64,000 bases of DNA from Octopus sinensis (GCF_006345805.1 NC_042997.1:103354001-103418000); one strand, 5' to 3'; shown: positions 24,950 through 39,368, numbered from the stretch's first letter. Notes: generated by a model not told the origin, from the letters alone. Numbers and translations: made by a program.

Positions 24950-26030
24950 TTTTGCTTTTCTGTTGTGAGCTGTATGGAAAAGGGAAAAGACAATCAGCCA
25001 GCATTCCTAGACGTATTAATAACACGCACCAAGTATGGATTCAAGACATCCGTATACCGCAAGCCGACTTTCACTGGACGATACCTTAAATTCAATACCC
25101 ACCATCCATACAGTGTAAAGGGAGGGATTGCTCAGTACCTAAAACATCGAGCAAAGAATATACCCATCACGAAGAAATGATCAAGCTCGGTAACAATCCA
25201 TTAAGCAACAACCACCCAAAAACATATCTACTCCAATTAGAAAGAGGAGAGAAGATGAAACCCATAAAATGACCACAGTCTGCCTGCCCTATGTGAAAGG
25301 CCTCTCTGAAAAGATACAAAAGATATGCGGCCCATATGACATCAGGGGAGTATTCAAGAGTAATACAACACTTTGCAAATATCTCCTTCAAGTAAAACCA
25401 CCAATAGAAGACAATATGACCAAAAACTGCGTGTACTCCACCCCATGCAGCTGTGGTAGGTTATACAAAGGTGAAACATGCTGCCCCTCAAAATAAGAGT
25501 AGAGGAACATCGTAAAGCTGTGACACGAGGAGATATTGATAAATCGAGTATAGTTGATCATGTATGAAAGAATGGAGACCGCTTTCCTCTGTGGATGAAG
25601 TTAAAATAATAGACAGAGAACACCACTGGAAAATGCGAAAACTAAAAGAAGGAGCACATATGCTAGGACACAACAACTTCCTAAGCAGACCGAGTGCAGA
25701 TATGAATAGCATATGGAAACCGGTATTAAGGAAGGATAGGAAAATATTAGATTTATAAGCCCTAAAAATTCATCCCATAATTGCTCACAGGATGTGACGT
25801 AGTGGTTAAGAGAGCGGGCTACTAATCCAAATATTCCGAGTTCCAAGTAGTGACCTGAATAATAGTAATAATAATAACAATAATAATAATAACATAGAAA
25901 AATACCTTAGGAATGAGAACCCAGGTTCGAAATTTTCTCCAAGACACCTGATGTAGGCTGGAGGGTGTATCAGCCGAAACGTTGATACAAGTTGAGGACA
26001 AATATCCGTCAAATTTAAATAATGAAAATA
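24950..26030 (+). mobile_element. Penelope-like element 3' part (RT C-terminus plus GIY-YIG endonuclease), pseudogenised
   Basis: AFLDVLITR..GFKTSVYRKPTFTGRYLKFNTHHP; LPYVKGLSEKI; NCVYSTPCSCGRLYKGET (GIY-YIG-like); RVEEHRK..SSIVDH..EVKIIDRE..RKLKEG. Frameshifted. Confidence 0.9.
25943..25990 (+). ncRNA. Degenerate minimal hammerhead-ribozyme motif at the Penelope 3' end
   Basis: gacac-CTGATG(t)A-GGCTG-gagggtgtat-CAGCC-GAAAC-GTT: core-like motif, perfect 5-bp stem II and palindromic ACGT stem III. The core has a substitution and the stem I partner is poor. Confidence 0.55.
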
Positions 26031-28004
26031 ATTTAGATAATTCCTTAAATATAGAACTGTATTAACGATACTTCAATAAGTGCAACGATACTACACAATA
26101 AAAATCTACTAACTAAAAAGATTAAGAAATCGAAGCATTTACCAACAAATTCATCAATAATAAATTGAGCTCTTTCATACAATCTTTTATCTTTTACTGT
26201 TTCCGTGTGTCAATCATTAGACTGCGGCCATGAAGAACTTTTAGCCTAATTAATCGATCTTAGTACTTAATTTTTTTCATAAGCCTAGTATTTATTCTAT
26301 CGGTCTTTTGCGAAACGGTAAGTTACGATGAAGTTGCGCAATATTTTGCCATATCTAATTATCTCTCCCAGAAAGCGTTATAGACATCTTTTCTCTTATC
26401 GTTGACAAATTCACTCACAGAGGAAATTTTCAGGATTCCATGAGAAATGTGAAGGTTTCCGTTAGGGACTTCATCTTTAAGTTGAAAAATCATCAATGCT
26501 CATTTCAAGGACGCAAGTGTTAAATTAATATAAAGCTTTTAATATTATGCAATAAACCGTCTTATAAATAAGAATGCTTCTTTCTTTCCACATGAGGGAT
26601 GAAATCGAGGTGGTGAATTGATAAAAGTAGAGCACTACTTTAAAGCTGTATATTCTGACAATCAACTTCCAAAAGAAATGTGTACGTTGAGAATAGATTG
26701 CTTTTCAACTCAGTAGTCAATTTACATGCTCTGACTATAATATCATTCTGCTTGTCACGACTTGTTTTGCTTTAAACAACAATCGAAGACATAACGCAAA
26801 GTCGAGTGTTATTCTTTAACATTTTTGACGAAATGAATAACATAATTGACATTATCAATACTAAGAGCAATGTTAAGATCTATAATTTGTTAGCTAAAAT
26901 AGAAAATTAGAACTGCTTGTTAATATTTGCTTGAGGTAGTAGCCAAATCTCCATCAACTAAAATTCTACATCTCACAAAGCGGAAAGAGGCATTTGTTGA
27001 TGTTATTTTGGCTAGACAAAAAGGCGAGATGTGGCTAATTACTCTGCAACAGGATTAGTATGTTATAACTTCTGTTTTAATAGGAAGTCTTCAATCATAT
27101 ATATTTGTTTCAAATTTTGGCACAATGTCAGCAAGTTCGGGGGTGGGGGAGTAACTTATTTTATCGACTCCGAGAGAACGTAGGGCAAAGTCGACCTCGA
27201 CGGAATTCTTCAACTATATATATTATTTTTCAAAAATAAATCTATTTTTAATTTGTATTTTTCTCTTTGTCAGAAATGTACAGCCCAAACATATTTGAAT
27301 AGATTTAATCATACATTTAAAAAATCAACATCCCTGTTGCTGTTATTGTTATTAACATTCTTGTATTAGTTTCTTGGTCAATTCTGATTGAGTAGTCCTA
27401 TGATTCTAAGCGTTCCAGTTATGACCATCACTTATTTCATTTGAATATAGTACATGCTGTTTAGGGCTACAATCAAAGATACCAATTTTCTGGTGTAAAT
27501 TGAGGAAGAAATGAGTGTTATTTCTAGCTGGTCGAGCAATAACATATTAACTAGACAAAGGATTGTATATTAAATGAGTGACGTGGTTGTGGGTAATAAG
27601 TTTCATTTTATTAGTTGAATCGACTTTTCAACTGGTCAGTTCACCTCAACATTTTGTCGAGAGTGTTAAACGGTTACAATATAACGTCAAAAAAATGAGA
27701 TTTGACAGCAGTTTGTGGTAGAATTAAGCTTGTGAGAAGGATGCAACGTGGCATCATTGATGTGTCATTGATAAAAATATTTTCAAATGACTTAGCTGCT
27801 AAAAGAGTCTCTATGTTGTTAGTCGACTTGTTAGTCAAACCTTCAAACCACACCCACCGATTTTAAAACCAGAAGAATACTGTGGATATACAAAAATCAT
27901 GGATATACAAAAATTAATAAACAAATGAATAAATGATGATGATGATGATGACGATGACGATGACGACGATGATGATGATAATAATAATAATAATAATAAT
28001 AATA

Positions 28005-28034
<30 letters not shown>

Positions 28035-28035
<1 letters not shown>

Positions 28036-28465
28036 GCTCAATACCACAGAATTCTGCTCAATACCACAGAATTCTGCTCAATACCACAGAATTCTGCTCA
28101 ATACCACAGATTCTGCTCAATACCACAGAATTCTGCTCAATACCACAGAATTCTGCTCAATACCATAAATTCTGCTCAATACCACAGAATTCTGCTCAAT
28201 ACCACAGATTCTGCTCAATACCACAGAATTCTGCTCAATACCACAGAATTCTGCTCAATACCACAGAATTCTGCTCAATACCACAGAATTCTGCTCAATA
28301 CCACAGATTCTGCTCAATACCACAGAATTCTGCTCAATACCACAGAATTCTGCTCAATACCACAGAATTCTGCTCAATACCACAGATTCTGCTCAATACC
28401 ACAGAATTCTGCTCAATACCACAGAATTCTGCTCAATACCACAGAATTCTGCTCAATACCACAGA
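28035..28465. repeat. Minisatellite, about 21-22 copies of 19/20-bp tgctcaataccacaga(a)ttc
   Basis: Head-to-tail units with no spacers; the last unit runs directly into an interspersed repeat. Confidence 0.95.
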
Positions 28466-28889
28466 TTTGCTTGTCAGTTGTTTGACCTTAACCAGTTGAG
28501 CATGTCCCTTAGTGGCTGACGATATGTGCATCTCTGATCACGAGCAGAAGTAGTGGGGGAGCATCATAGCCATATGTTGAGAGGGATTCTTTGGGGTTTG
28601 AATAATTCACCTCTGGAAACATGGGTGGTTCTTTCAACATCCTTAAACAACCCTTATTCAGGGACCTTTTGAGCGGGATGGGCTACTCAACCTGAAGAAT
28701 AATTTCTAACTGGCCCCACCTGCAAAGTCATGTGCTGTTTATCTTGATATGAGATCACCATGTCGCGCACATAGGTTGTGATGCATGTGCCTGGTGCACC
28801 CTTATCAGACGGGTAGTCATGATGGGTATATTGGGCTTCGTATATTTTACCCCAGTGTCACTTTGATGGCATGAACTGCTCTCTCACTC

Positions 28890-28890
<1 letters not shown>
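28465..28890. mobile_element. Interspersed repeat (probable retroelement end) flanked by (AAT)n
   Basis: Its last ~90 bp occur inverted at about 10998-11090. Confidence 0.55.
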
Positions 28891-28934
<44 letters not shown>

Positions 28935-28948
<14 letters not shown>

Positions 28949-29275
28949 TAATTGACATAGCAAGTCCCGGTGACAAAAGCATCAAAGAGAAAGAAGAAAG
29001 ACTGAACATCTGTAGCGATTTGAAGTGAGAAATACGCAGATTGTGAGCAATGAAGAGAGTGGATATGATACCAGTAGAAATGGGCACGCTTGGAAATATC
29101 AGCATGCAACTACCAATATGGCTAAAAAAAAAAAGATTGGTACAGATGTAAAAATAAAACACCTACAAAACCATCATTGCTTGGAACTGCAAGAGTTCTC
29201 CGCAGGGATCTTGAAGCATGATCAGTAAACAAGTGTCGCTTTAACCTGCTGGCTGTGGACAGCTGACACTCTCCA
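28935..29275 (+). mobile_element. R4/Dong-like RLE C-terminal fragment (variant 1)
   Basis: IDIASPGDKSIKEKE...IPVEMGTLG...SLLGTARVLRRDLEA*, lying between (AAT)n tracts. Confidence 0.75.
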
Positions 29276-29310
29276 TCATATCCAGGAAAATAAGCTAAGA
29301 GTTTTCATCA

Positions 29311-29377
<67 letters not shown>

Positions 29378-29379
29378 TA

Positions 29380-29790
29380 AACTGAGCAAATATAAAGATC
29401 TTGAAATAGAAATCAGCAAAATGTGGAAGCTGAAGACTAAAACAATACCTGTTGTCATAGGTGCCCTGGTAATGATAGCGAAAGGGACTGATTGCTACCT
29501 AACTCAGATACCAGGAAACCCCAAAATGGCAGAAATTCAAAAGATAGTGCTCATGGGAACTGCTCATATCCTACGCAAAATACTCTCTATGTAATCCCAA
29601 GGTTTAAAACAAACTTTTTTTTATTTTTATTTCTTTTTTTCTTTTTTTCTTTTTTTTATTATGTATTAGACATTCACTAGTACAACACAAAAAAAAAACC
29701 CAAATATATGACACAGAACTTCCAACCTGTTGTCTTTTGAGGTCTCTGGGTGAGACTTGGAGCCAACTTGTACAGACATAAAGCAAAAGT
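29380..29790 (+). mobile_element. R4/Dong-like RLE C-terminal fragment (variant 2) with 3' UTR
   Basis: KLSKYKDLEIEISKMWKLKTKTIPVVIGALVMIAKGTDCYLTQIPGNPKMAEIQKIVLMGTAHILRKILSM*, lying between (AAT)n tracts. Confidence 0.85.
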
Positions 29791-29809
29791 CAAATATATA
29801 ATAATAATA

Positions 29810-29883
<74 letters not shown>

Positions 29884-29884
29884 T

Positions 29885-30300
29885 GAACAAAAATGTAGAA
29901 GTTATATCTGGATCCTCAACACTACACACTGTCCAAAAAATAACCCTGCAAGGAACAGCCCAGATCCTAAGCAAGACACTATGAATCTAATAATACAACC
30001 TTAATAAAACAACCCACAAATGCAAAACACACTCTATACCACATTTACCCAGTGAGATAAACTCCAACCAGCAAGCTAGAGAACCAAAGCATTACACACT
30101 CAACACACAATACAAGCAGTAACACAACAAAAGACTGCACCAGACCCCCAAGGATAAAATACTAGTACAATACTGTACCGGGAAGAGTTTGTGCACTCCC
30201 AACAGCAGAAAAGAACACACAATGCTGCACGCACCCTAGCGACACGGAGGTGTAGCAAGTGATGGAGTAGCAATTTGCCTCAATCTACCAAAAATTGAAC
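29885..30300 (+). mobile_element. R4/Dong-like RLE C-terminal fragment (variant 3) with 3' UTR
   Basis: VEVISGSSTLHTVQKITLQGTAQILSKTL*, lying between (AAT)n tracts. Confidence 0.65.
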
Positions 30301-30303
30301 GGT

Positions 30304-30304
<1 letters not shown>

Positions 30305-30381
<77 letters not shown>

Positions 30382-30419
30382 TAATAATAATAATAATAAT
30401 ATAATAATAATATAATAAT

Positions 30420-30465
<46 letters not shown>

Positions 30466-30467
30466 TA

Positions 30468-30501
<34 letters not shown>

Positions 30502-30698
30502 TAATAATAATAATAATAATAATGTGAGAACTGTTGCTGCTCATGCATTTTAATTTAACTTAAAAAAAAATTTTTTTTAAATGAACGAACTACTGAGTTT
30601 GGTTTAATGGCCTACCAATATACACTGAGTTTCTTTGCCCTAGGTGTCGGGAAGACACTCGGCAAGAAATGGAAGAAAATTTGAAAGAAGAAAAAAAG

Positions 30699-30732
<34 letters not shown>

Positions 30733-30739
30733 AATAATG

Positions 30740-30830
<91 letters not shown>

Positions 30831-30850
30831 CAACAACAACAACAACAACA
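30305..30850. repeat. Long interrupted (AAT)n microsatellite block
   Basis: (AAT)n at about 30305-30525 and 30700-30830, ending in (AAC)n. Confidence 0.95.
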
Positions 30851-31029
30851 TTTTTTATCACAGATCTGCTTCATTAGATCTGACGTGGAGCTGGACAAAA
30901 ACAAAACCCACACCAATAACATCTTCAAAATGAAAAATGTACATTCAATCCAATTTGAATGTTCATTTTCTTCAAATGGATGACTATAACCTTTCGATTT
31001 TGCTTTCTAGTTACTTCATTATTAACACA

Positions 31030-31070
<41 letters not shown>

Positions 31071-31679
31071 TACACATACGCACACACACACACATACACA
31101 CACATACACACACACAGACGCACGCACACACACGCACACGTATATATGTATGTATATTCTTCATGCAACTGTGAAAAATATATTGATCATAGATGTTTGC
31201 AAAAACACTGCAGCTAAAAAGATCGTTTTTTATCTCATAATTTTGTTAAATAACAGTTAGTAATTAATCACTGTTTACTTACATAATTAGTCAGCATGAA
31301 GGACGTCTGCATTATCAACCATTCTGCCATTGGTATTACTTGTTAATCTGGTACTCGTTTTCTTGACCGTCATTAGGCGTTAATTTTATCCTAGAACTAT
31401 CCAATAGCAACTGCAAAATCACTTCTTCGAATATCGGATTTGACACACAGAGTCAGGGGAACAGAATTAGCATAGTATCTGGAAATTTAATAACATTTAT
31501 GATAAAACTGTAGAATCCTTCTATCTTTAAACTGGAGAAAATATTTAGAAGAAAAAATAAAACGAATGATATTCTTCTCCATAATAAGATCCTTATTGTT
31601 CTTCGTATTATCGTTATTATAATTTTGGTGGTGGAACAAAAATGTGGAGCTAGCAGTAGAACACCAGATTAGAGAGCGT

Positions 31680-31836
31680 ACAAATTCCGCCGAGGTCGAC
31701 TTTGCCTTTCATCCTTTCGGGGGTCGATAAATTAAGTACCAGTTACGCACTGGGGTCGATGTAATCGACTTAATCCGTTTGTCTGTCCTTGTTTGTCGCC
31801 TCTGTGTTTAGCCCCTTGTGGGTAGTAAAGAAATAG
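31680..31836 (+). mobile_element. Family-A SINE (5'-truncated)
   Basis: aaattccgccgaggtcgactttgcctttcatcctttcggg...gtgggtagtaaagaaata. Confidence 0.8.
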
Positions 31837-32137
31837 ATTAGAGTGCGTACGTTTTTTTAATTTGCTGTTTCTTCCCCTGTGTCCAAATATGTGATATTCA
31901 TCGTGTCAGAATCGATAGGATATCTGCATGTAATATACATGAGTCAATTTCATATACTCCTTTGCGAAGTCAACAGATGAGGATCCAGAGATTATCATTA
32001 TTGAAAACACTTAGTAGTGCTCAAATGATTCGAACTTAGACTCCGGTTGCTTTACGAGGGACCAATTCCGTGGGGTAAAGAGTTGCTATAAGAGGGATCA
32101 AGATAAGAAACTTGGGTTTGATATATACATACATACT

Positions 32138-32169
<32 letters not shown>

Positions 32170-32178
32170 CACATACAT

Positions 32179-32277
<99 letters not shown>

Positions 32278-32974
32278 TACCTATACATATAATACATATA
32301 TTTATATATATATATGTGTGTGTGTGTGTGTGCATATATATATATATATATTATATATATATATATATATATACATACATACATATATACACAAACACAC
32401 AGAGACACACAGACACACAGACACACACACAGACACACATACATATATATATATATATATGCCTATCAGCATAAAACTGATATTTGTAGTGTCCTATTTT
32501 TTCTCATATTTCGCTGCCATGTAAATATTTTGTATTTTGTTCCTTATTGTAGAGAAATGCTTAAAATATGCAATGAGCCTTCTGCGCTGTTCCATTGTTG
32601 TCAATGATAGAGATTAATATTAGCAAAGCAATTAATTTCATTAATATCATCCTCATCATTCTCATAATCCTCCTCCTCATCATCATCACCATCACCAACG
32701 GCAACAATACTATATCGTAATCTGTAAGAGTGTATACAAGAAGCGGTAACAATGCACGCTGAAATTATATACTTAAATCCGTTAAAAGAATTGTAATTAC
32801 TTATTAGCTTAGACATCACCTTTATCATCATTATCATCGTCGTCGTCGTCGTCGTCATCATCATCATGGTCATCGTCGCTATCGTCACCATCTTCATCGT
32901 CATTGTCGTCACCATTTTCGTCCTCATTGTCGTCTTCCTCCTCCTCCTCCTCCTCATCATCATCATCATCATCA

Positions 32975-33014
<40 letters not shown>

Positions 33015-33029
33015 CATTATTATTATTCA

Positions 33030-34015
33030 GTAGTTTTATTTTTATAGCGTGTTTTCACTTCACTACCGAGCGCAGCTCTGTGTCCCTTGGGTATGAGCTG
33101 TGCTTTGCTGTGATGCTCTTATGGTTACTGTATTGAAAGTGTTTTGCGTAGGATGTGTGCGGTGCCCAGTAGTGCAATTTTAGGTATGTTGTATATATTT
33201 GTAAGTCCTAGTGTTTTTATTATGTATTTGTCTAAATATTCTTTTTATCATACCTAATGTACCCACAATGATAAGAATTGTTTCTGTTTTTAGATTCCAC
33301 ATTCGAGTTGCCTATATTTCTAGGTCTTTGTATTTTGAAAGCTTCTTCATTTCTTTTAGAGAAACGTTGTCATCTGTTGGTATTGATACATCAATTACAA
33401 AGCATTTTTTCTTCATGATCTCTGACAACTATATCTGGCCTATTGGCCTTAATTTCTCTATCTGTGTGTATTAGCATATCCCGTAGTATGGTTGTTTTCT
33501 TGTTTTCTATGACCTTTTCTGGCGTGTGCTTATACCATTTTTTTCTGTTGTTATTCCATAGTGTTGGCATAGTTTCCAGTGTATGTAGGTCCCAACTCTG
33601 TCGTGTCCGTGAATATATTCCTTCTTAGCCGGGACTGGGCAGCCAGAGCTAATGTGATTTATTGTTTCTTGTCCATCTCCACATATTCTGTAGTTACTAG
33701 TGTTTCTTTTCATTATATGTTTTTGGTAATTTCTGGTGGGGAGGCTTTGGTCTTGTGCTGCAATTAAAAATCTTTCAGTCTCTGCTTTGAGTCCTGAGCT
33801 TCTCAACTATTGCTGGGATGAATTTTCTGTCTATTGCTCTTGCGGTTAGTTTAGTCCAGTATTTGCCATGAAGGGGCTTTTCTTGCCATCGTTTTATCAA
33901 GGTCCGTTGCTGTTCTAGTTTTAGTTTGGGTTTCATTTGTTTTATAGCTTTTGTTGTTTCTTCTTCTTCTTCATATTTATTAGGTCGTCTTGTTTGTATT
34001 TGTCAGCTTCCTTTA
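33030..34015 (-). mobile_element. R4/Dong-like non-LTR retrotransposon 3' kilobase (CCHC-region relic plus RLE)
   Basis: LKAETERFLIAAQDQSLPTRNY...RICGDGQETINHISSGCP..AKKEYIHGHDRVGTYIHW...NRPDIVV...IDVSIPTD...KLSKYKDLEI...LLGTAHILRK; (ATT)n on both sides. Confidence 0.9.
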
Positions 34016-34022
34016 ATATCTC

Positions 34023-34083
<61 letters not shown>

Positions 34084-37000
34084 TATTATTATTATTATAC
34101 TACTACTGATTTTTCAACAATTTCTCAGTCTTTTTAATTTTAAAGCAATTTGTCCCTTTCTACTGGGGTACTTTGCTGTTATGCTTTTCTGTATATACTG
34201 TGGCTTTAGTGAGTAACTAATGGATTATTCTTATATGAGTAATAATCACTTTTAACGCATATTACAAATATATCGCTGTAATTAACAGCATCTTTATTAT
34301 CTATTATCATTGACACAATCATCATTCTTATCATCCTCATCAACCTAAGTATGATTACAATTTCGTTCCTGGCTTATGCTTCAAGCACATTATATTAATA
34401 GTCTTTATGTAACTAGCCTGTGTAACTAAAAAGAAATCTTGGTCGAAAGTTTCTATCTTAACAGACAAATAGTATATTTCACAACATTAGAAATGAAACG
34501 TTTCATTTGAAAATGTCAAAATATTTTAGTCACATCTACAAATGTGATTCTTAATTACATAACCTTTATATTCAGTTTCATTTTAAAAGATAAAGAAAAA
34601 ACATTAAGAACGTGTATACTTGAATATTTAAACAAGTTCAGCTTTTAAAAGTGAAATTTACTCATGCTAGCAAGACTAAAATGGAAAGATCTAACATTTC
34701 CGAGTAGAGATTGTCACTAGTTTCTGCTTTACGTTGTAAATTTGACTTTTCTATTTCGCGTACGTCACTAGTATTCTTGAGAAAAGCACTAACGGCATAA
34801 ATTTGTTGGTACAAGCTTGAAGAAAAATAAATTGCTTCTCTAGAGTACCGTCTTCTGATATTGTATGCCCTACTTATATTAAGCTACTTACATGCTTTGT
34901 TTGGATAATGAAGGGGGTAAAAGTCATTACTCATAGATATACAAGGATATACTAAATCATCTTCACATAGTCATTTCATTTCTCATCACAAACATTATGC
35001 AGCAAACTGGCTGAAACTGGACATGTTCTGCTTGGTTCCAATAATCCTAAGACTGTTCTAGAAATATACTCATTTCTTTTGACTGGGATTCCTGGAAATT
35101 TTACTGGCAGTACAATTAATTGAATCGATTCAACAAATAATACTTAATTCTATCAAGTGATGTAAGGTGACTTTTCATCGCAGAAAGCCTAGAGGCAACG
35201 CTAAATATTGTAATGTGTTAGTTTACCATTTCACTGCGTTTACAAACTACAATGGCCAATTTGTGCAGGGTATTCTATACATTATGTACGTGTTTTGTTT
35301 CTGCATATCGTCTCATTTACATTATATATAGTTCTTTGTAATTTTTAACAAAATATACAAAATTCACTAACATGAAATATGCAGTCGTAGTATGTAGCGC
35401 CTCAAAATGATATTTTTTATATGTGTAACTGAAGTAATTCCGAGGCTTTAGAAACTTCTTATATTTGTATCATTCTTTTATTGCCGTATACAGAATGATC
35501 ATCTCTCTTTATGTACCTAGTTTTTGTTAGTCACCGTGAAACATTAGTTACTTATCACATAATCATCAGTTATACTTTATTAAGTTATTCACATCATAAT
35601 CCAGGTAATGAATAGGTGCATATATCCACGCTCTACAAAGTCAGTGGTATGATTACTATTTAGTAGTTTGGACCTGATTAAAGTACTAACAGTGCAAAAG
35701 ATGTTTCCTTTCTTTTTTTATATTCTGTCTGTAATTCTTTCTCGTGATTATTTTCTCATTATTCTTCTTCTATACCCCTCCTTTGTGGAATTGTCAACCT
35801 CCTTGAAAAGGAAGAACGATTTCCTTTTACTAGTTACATTAATATAATGTAATGTTGTGAATTTATGATCGTTATCTTCCCAGTGTTTTCAGACGTAAAA
35901 TCCCATTGAGAAATATAAGCTCTTAGTGTTTTCTTTTTGGCTATGAATTTTATAATCAATTTCCTGTTTTTATGTTCATTTTTCTCGTAAAGTATATTAA
36001 TTGTGCAGCTGTTGTATTAATACCTGTTGATTTTCTTTCTTAACAATTATTCATGCTTTATGATAATTTTAAATTTGTAAATATGTTCAAGCAGATTTCA
36101 ATCACAATATATTGATTGTTGCTAGGGCGGCGATCTGACGGAACCGTTAGCACACCTAGCAAAATGCTTAGCAGCACTTAGCTCGTCGTTACGTTCTGAG
36201 TTCAAATTCCGCCGGGGTTGACTTTGCCTTTCATCCTTTCAGGTTTGATAAAATAAGTATAAAATGATGAATTATTGCAGGATATAATGATTGCTATCTT
36301 TAGCACACATTTACAATTTTAGAGAAAGGTATAGTCGATTAAATTGATCACAGAGCTTGATTCCAGAAGAATTAATGGTAAAGTTAATCTCGGCGGGAAT
36401 TAGGCTCAAAATATGGAGAAATATTACTAAATATGACAGTCTGCCCACTGCTTCCTTCATTCGGCTATACACCATCCCAATGCTAGACATGATTAAAACA
36501 GTCCGGAGATTTAATGTATTAGCATTTTTTTCACTTCATTTCCCCCAATAGATTACGTGGGCGTTACTGATGCACATATTTAGTGTTACCAGAGTTTTAA
36601 AGTTTATTCAATAAGTCGATGTAAGATATTTTGAATTTTTATTGTTCGTGTAGAATCTAACAAAATTTATTGTATTTGTCCAATTCAAACAACATAATGT
36701 TAACTACAAATATACTAGTAGTTTTATACAAAAATTAAAACACGGTTAAGCTGCACCGAATATGATGATAGAAATATAGAAGATCAATAATAGAAAGTGG
36801 ATAATTTTCTGGAATATATTAGAATGTTAAACCACAATGTTACGTATTTAATCGAATATGTTAAATATAGAAGCTAAACATCGGCGCTTTAAAATTTGAG
36901 ATTTAAGTAAATAGCACATTATATTTTACATGAATTACCGAATTGCGCGAATAAAATAATGTCTTTATAGTTAACTTGTAAGCGAACTTGCTTTACCTGT

Positions 37001-38134
37001 TTTCAGCATTATAATTGACGTATGTATGTATAGATAAAACATTATTTATACGTGCTCAGAAACAGCTTTTCATGAAGATCTTTTTGTTGATTCATTTGTT
37101 TTTCTTTTATTTGCGGTGATAAAAAAACTTACTGTAAGAACAAAATAGCATGAATTCTAGACAAAACTTAACAATATTGCACTTAGTCATTATATATTTC
37201 ACTCATTTGATATATTATTATGGCCATTTCTAAAGTTGACCACCTATTTACTCAGTTGTTCATATCGTCAGGATATTATTTTTCATTACTAATACAAAAA
37301 CAATTTTTACCGTGCCTTCACAACGTTTTACTTTTTGTTAAACATATTTGTATAACATGAGAAAATTTACTTTGACAGTTCGTCTGAGAATAAAAGTACT
37401 TTATCGAAATAGCTTTGATAGGCTACAAAGATAACAAATACGTCAGTAATTTTGATTTAGTTCGACGAGCCATCGCAACTCTGAGTATTCGGAAGTTCTA
37501 TTTTTGGTCACTTTACTACAATTTCAGTTCCAGTAAATGTAGTAATTGGACACTTTCTAAAAGCGTTATGTTGTATTGTTGAGTAATTTACAATGAGTTT
37601 CTGCTTAAATTTTATCACTGTTCTGTCCAATGAAGCTCAATAAATCTTACGGTTTTATTTCACTTTCTATTATCGGGAACAATGAAAGAATCACTTATTA
37701 GCTAAGATAATTATGCTGCATAATTACCAATTTTTTTCATAGTAAAAAAATGAAATCCATGATAACATAATCAAGAGCGTTGGTATATATTGAAAAGTGA
37801 CTCATACGCACACCCATACACATATATAAATGTATACAAAGGCATACAAAAGCACAAGTATATAACGTACAAACATACGTACGTATGTACATGCATACAT
37901 ACATAATACATACACACACATACATACATATATACGTACATACATACGTACATACAAACAACTATATGCATGAGAATACATACATAAAATATACAAATCT
38001 GCACATACATGCATACATACAAAAATACCCTGTTGAAATTTTAATGTAGGAGCCTTGGATCTAGGTTAGAAACCGGTACGTTCTCTATTGGCAAGAAATC
38101 TTGAAATAAACTGAATAATGACATACAAACATAA

Positions 38135-38262
38135 TACATACATACATACATACATGCATACATACATACATACATACATACATACATACATACATACATA
38201 CATACATACATACATACATACATACATACATACATACATACATACATACATACATACATACA
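38135..38262. repeat. (TACA)n tetranucleotide microsatellite
   Basis: About 30 units. Confidence 0.95.
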
Positions 38263-39221
38263 TACTGTTCTGCTGATGTGAATATATTTGAAAATCCGAG
38301 AAAGAAGATAATTATGGACAACTACTTCGAAACCTCTAGCCTCTATATTCGGATTGCTAATTTACATTTATACCAATTATATTTGAAGGACTTGGTTTTG
38401 TAAGTAAATGCATGTCAGTTTGAATAAGCTTGGCGTTTCAGAAAAAGTAATCAACCGACTGATTTGTTTATTAGAAATACAATCTGTAAGCAGAACAGTA
38501 AAACTATGCATGACTTTTCTCAGGTCTAAAATATGACGTTATTTTCGTTATCTGCATTCTAATTATGGAGCTTTGTATCTTTGTTAGAGACCAGCTTCTT
38601 CTTCAAAGGAAGAATTTACATGATTAAAAACAGAAGAGACATACATAAATACACTTGTGTCACAGCTCTAGACACTTATATAGCGTATGTGTTTTGTTTA
38701 TACACCCTTTAGCTACGGGACAGCGTACTGGGAAATATCACTTCACGACATCGAGTGATAAAGAACACTGAATATCTCTGAGCAGGCGAGACAACTCGCC
38801 CTGAACGTGAACAAGAACGGCAGATGTCGTTATTTCGCTATCGTTTTAGCTCTTCAGCGTCGTATACTCAGCTCACCGAGAAACAAACTGTATCGTTGGT
38901 TGGGGGCATATATGCAAATAGTGTAAAGACTATTTTTTAAAAGGCGACATATGCAGCAACTACAACTGAGTTCTTTCTTCTGTCGTGAAAAAAAAAAAAT
39001 TTCCAACAATCATATTCGCCTGTAATTATTTACTTCTCTGCAACAACATTAAGTTAATAGGACAGACCAAAGTTTCTGATAATACATTACATTGCTAAAC
39101 ATACAAGGTCAACAGAAGTTAAATATTTTTGTTGCTTTAAGCTCCTCACAAATGATGAAATGATTATGTACCTCTCTTTTTTTCTTGTCTCCATATCATT
39201 ATGTATTCATACACATATAAG

Positions 39222-39368
<147 letters not shown>

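Noticed and set aside
28035-28465. CRISPR-like array
   Set aside because: Units are contiguous with no unique spacers, there are no cas genes, and the context is eukaryotic.
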